From NCBI RefSeq assembly GCF_000315625.1, contig NW_005434656.1, positions 355,741 through 419,740 of the forward strand: a stretch of DNA of 64,000 nt. The letters run 5' to 3'. A program made the translations under genes and the position numbers. The DNA comes from Guillardia theta CCMP2712 (taxonomy: Eukaryota > Protista > Cryptophyta). The notes beneath the pieces were generated by a model that was given only the letters and a program-made list of their open reading frames with translations, made no database searches and was not told where the DNA came from. Shown here piece after piece: positions 60,117-64,000 of the stretch (positions are counted from its first letter, which is position 1; each line of letters opens with the position of its first letter).

Positions 60117-60553
60117 GTCAACCAGAGGATACGGTGAAAGGATTGAGCTAAATTGGTTTACGAGGCTTGAAAGGGGCTGAGCTAATTGATACATATAAAA
60201 CGAGAAAAGGGGCATGGAGGATGCCATGGGGGAAAGGAGGGAGGGAGAGAGGAAGGGATGCTGGGGAACAAGGGACGTGGAGGAAGAGAGACTAGGATGA
60301 GGACGAGAAGGGATGAGGGAGAGAGTGCTAGGAGGAGGGCCAGAGCGAGGGTGGTGCTGCAAGGAGTAGGTAAGAAGGGCATCAAAGTGCAGAAGGGAGA
60401 CAGTAGGAGGGGACGCTGCTGAGAGACGGAGTGTCGATGAGGGAAACAAGCGTACCAAGACTGATCTAGAGGTGGGCAAGCGCAAGTGTCAGACAGGAGG
60501 AGAAGTGAACGAGCATCTGATGGCTACCATGTGAGGAGCTCGTAGCAGACAGG

Positions 60554-63392
60554 ATGGTCAACCTTTGGGGGGTTACACTCCTCGTGCTGTCCACAGCTGA
60601 TGTCGTCCTTGCAACCATCCTCCTCCTACACGGCAAGTTCGACCATGCCAGCATCGCCCTTGCCTTCAGCGGGTACAACGTCGTCAGTCCGCTCGACCTC
60701 TGGTTGGTGTGTTGGGTTCGGCTAATCTTCACGTGCTGCCTGCTCTCCATGGAGACATGCCGGGCAGTGACGAGGAGGTACGCTCAGCCGAGCCTCGCTC
60801 CAGATCTCCTCTCCCTCCTCACCTGCGTCGACCTCTCGTTCCTCGTCCTCGAGCTTGACGTGTGGATGAATCTCTTCTTCATGCTGTTCACTACCGGCCT
60901 CCTCTTCAAGCTCGCTTTCTTTGCCTGCTTCCTTGAGCTGATGCCGCCGGATCAAGGATGGAGCTGGGCACTCCTTGCTCAGTCTGCCGTGTTCATGCTT
61001 GCAGAGTTTCTTGCAGCAAGAAGGTACCTGAAGCAGAGGAGCCAACCAGGACAAGGGGACGCGAACTCTAGCGACGGAGGATACTCGCTGATCCCGCAGG
61101 AGGAAGTCGGGCAGAGCCCTGGCTCGTGCTCCAACCTCGAGGAGGAAGAAGTCGATGCGGACAAGGAAGGGTCGCCCAAGGAGGAGGGAGGAGTGACGTT
61201 GAGCAGCCACAAGAGGATCCTATGGCGGTTGTTCGGCCTGGCCATGCAAGAATGGTCCTACCTCGCCCTAGGGCTTGTCTTCCTCGTGGCCGCGTCCATC
61301 TCGCAGGCTCTCCTTCCTCGCCTGACGGGCGACGTGATCAACAGCATCGTCATCGACAAGTCGGAAGAGGACATGGAGGAGGCGCTGAGGAGTCTGACCT
61401 TGTTCTCGCTCCTCTGCGCGCTCTTCTCCGGCCTGCGAGGGACGTGTTTCTTGGTGGTAAACACCAAGATGAACATCAGGATAAGGAAAGACCTGTACCA
61501 GTCCATGCTCAAGCAGGAGATTGGTTTCTTCGACCAGAACAAGGTCGGAGATCTCACGAGCAGGTGACGCTGAGCCTGCCGATGGCGTTGAGGGCGCTGA
61601 GAGCTTGTCAGGTTGTCGTCGGACACAAACAAGATGAGCGACCAGGTGCATTCCTCCCCTCACTCCTCCTCTATCTCCTCCTCTATCTCCTCCTCTTTTG
61701 CCATCCCTCACTCGACTTTGATGTTTCTTTCCTCTCCCCCATCTCCTCCTAACTTCCTCCCCAGATCGGCCTCAACCTCAACGTCTGCCTGCGCAGTGTC
61801 GTGCAGAGCATCGGCCTGCTTGCCTACATGCTCCTCTCCCAATGGCGCCTCACCCTGGTCACCTTCATTGCCGTCCCTCTCGTCTCCCTCCTCTCCAAGG
61901 TCTACGGCCACTACTACCACCTCCTTGCCAAGGCTGTGCAGGACCAGCAGGCGAGGTGCAACGCGGACGCGGAGGAGGTGATCGGGTCGATGAGGACTGT
62001 GAGGTCGTTCGGGTGCGAGGAGGAGGAGGTGCGCAGGTATGAGCAGGAGCTGCAGGAGATCCTGCGGCTGGGGATCAAGCAGGCGTCAGCCTACACCGGC
62101 TACATGTTCTGCTTCACGGGAGCTCCGCTACTGGTGACCGTCGCCGTCCTCTACTTCGGGGGGCACATGGTCTTCACCCACCTCCTTCAGCCCGGCGACC
62201 TCGTGGCATTCGTCTTCTACCAGCAGAGCCTCTCCCAGGCCATCAACAGCATCGGCGACGTTTACGCGGGGCTGATGCAGGCGGCAGGGGCAGCCGACAA
62301 AGTCTTTGACATCATTGACAGGAGGCCTGCTACCTGCCCTCCCTCCAGCTCCTGCTCCTTCTCCTCTGCCTCCTGCTCCTCTCCCACCCACTCCTCTCTG
62401 CTTCTCTCTTCCTCCAGCGAGCTTTCCAAGGAGCAGCTCCAGGGCTCGATCACTTTCCAAGAAGTCTCCCTCGTCTATCCCTCCCGCCCGGACGCGCTCG
62501 TCCTCGACCGCGTCTCCTTCCACATCGATCCGGGGCAAGTCGTCGCGCTCGTCGGCTCCTCGGGCAGCGGGAAGAGCTCCTGCATCTCGCTCATCGAGAG
62601 GTTCTACGAGCCGACAGGAGGAGAGGTCCTCCTCGACGGCCTGTCCCTCTCCTCCTACGACAACTCCTTCCTCCGCCGCCATATTTCCCTCGTCGGGCAG
62701 GAGCCCGTCCTCTATGCCCGGAGCCTGCTGGAGAATATCGCCTACGGCCTGGGACGGGAGGTGGAGGAGGCAGAGCTGCGCAGACGGGTCACCCTCGCAG
62801 CCCGGCAGGCGTGCGCTGACGAGTTCATCATGAGGATGGAAGACGGGTTCTCAACGCATGCGGGAGAGAGGGGTAGTCACCTCAGCGGGGGGCAGAAACA
62901 GCGCATTGCCATTGCTCGTGCGCTGGTTCGAAATCCCTCGATCCTCCTGCTGGATGAAGCAACGAGCGCCCTCGACACTGCAAGCGAAGCACAGGTGCCT
63001 GTCCATTCTACCTCCCTTCCCCTCTCTCCTTTTCCCTCCTACCTCCCATCCCCTCCTACCTCCTCTCCTCTGACTCCTGTCGACAGGTGCAGAAAGCGAT
63101 CGACGAATCAATGAAAGGGAGAACGGTCCTCGTGATAGCTCATCGCCTCTCAACGGTACGTCCACTCTCTCCCCTCCTTCCCCGCCCTCTCTCTCTCTCC
63201 TCTCTCTCCTCCTCTCTCCTCCTTCCTCTTCCTACCTCTCCTTCCTCCTCACTGCTCTCTCAGATCCAGCGAGCTGACAAGATCATCGTCCTTTCCAACG
63301 GCCTCGTCGTCGAGCAAGGGACGCACAAGGAGCTGTTGGAGGCGGGAGGAGCGTACGCTGAGCTCGTCTCGAAGCAAGTGTCCATAGACTGA
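60554..63392 (+). CDS. ABCB half-transporter (TAP/ABCB9-like)
   Basis: [22 protein letters not shown], Walker [10 protein letters not shown]-loop VGQEP, signature [14 protein letters not shown], Walker [14 protein letters not shown]-loop IAHRLST and an N-terminal TMD0. Confidence 0.95.
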
Positions 63393-63531
63393 TGCAAGCC
63401 ACGCTGCTGCTACCTCGTCCACATTCACTCGAGTAAAATACAAACCAAACCTCCCCTCCTCCTCCTCCTCCTCCCAGTCCCGCCCGGCCCGCCTTCCTCC
63501 TGCCTCGCGTCCCCCACAACCTCCGACCGCC

Positions 63532-63757
63532 TCACGAATCGCTCTTGTACTGCTTGCACAGCTCGCTGAAGGTGGGTCGCTGACCTGACAGGAGGTCACT
63601 CAAGCAGCTCCGGCATGTCCCTTCTCACCCGCATCGCTCGTCCAGCATCGCGTCATCATCGCCCAGTCATCATCCGTACAGCTTAAAAAGAAACAAAGTG
63701 AGAGGAGAAGGAAGGAGAGGACGAGGACGAGGACGAGGACGAGGCGAGGATGAGGAT

Positions 63758-63803
<46 letters not shown>

Positions 63804-64000
63804 CGAGGACGAGGACGAGGCGAGGACGAGGACGAGGACGAGGCGAGGATGAGGATGAGGATGAGGACGAGGACGAGCATCCGGTTGCTTACTCAGCAAG
63901 TCTTGTGAGCGTCGATCCCTTCAGCACCTGCTCAGCTCCTCAACGACCAGCAGACACCAGCTGCTCGCCTCCTCACCTTGACCTTCACCACAGACTCCGC
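63532..64000 (-). CDS. 3' end of a tyrosine-kinase-like protein kinase (extends beyond window)
   Basis: Spliced VLKGSTLTRLAECTDDDWAMMTRCWTSDAGQRPTFSELCKQYKSDS* matches kinase subdomains X-XI (CW...RPTF). Confidence 0.7.
63717..63877. repeat. (GAGGAC)n intronic microsatellite
   Basis: Hexamer tandem array with GAGGAT/GAGGC variants. Confidence 0.9.

Noticed and set aside
1-64000. tRNA, rRNA, transposase, reverse transcriptase or viral hallmark genes
   Set aside because: None were recognised by eye. A tRNAscan/Rfam/RepeatMasker run would be needed to exclude them formally.

Overview
Gene-dense eukaryotic nuclear DNA with many ~45-60 nt introns (CTGAC-type branch points, some GC donors, microsatellite-filled longer introns). 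This style and the signal+transit-peptide genes suggest an alga with a complex plastid, most like a cryptophyte (inference only). About 20 genes were reconstructed by eye: two head-to-head copies of a MORN-repeat + PARP-like (H-Y-I) gene in a 2.7-kb near-perfect inverted duplication, an LRR/Cys-rich multipass receptor, a 61-aa peptide, an alpha-kinase, a BTB-BACK protein with a large insertion inside the BTB, an ABA4/DUF4281 protein, a TM-kinase-TM STE11-like kinase, a nucleotide-sugar transporter, a diverged head-to-head pair of small paralogues, an IlvA-like protein lacking the PLP lysine, a PAS protein, a PDZ-DnaJ protein, a GH99-like protein with substituted catalytic residues, a large Tudor/UBL protein, an ankyrin-HDAC, an ABCB half-transporter and the 3' end of a TK-like kinase. 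Intergenic regions share GC-rich CCGG patches, a ~26-nt CTTTACTCAAnGTTAAGTTAAAnATC motif and strand-oriented ACCC-rich tracts. All exon boundaries and domain calls are manual and unverified by search.
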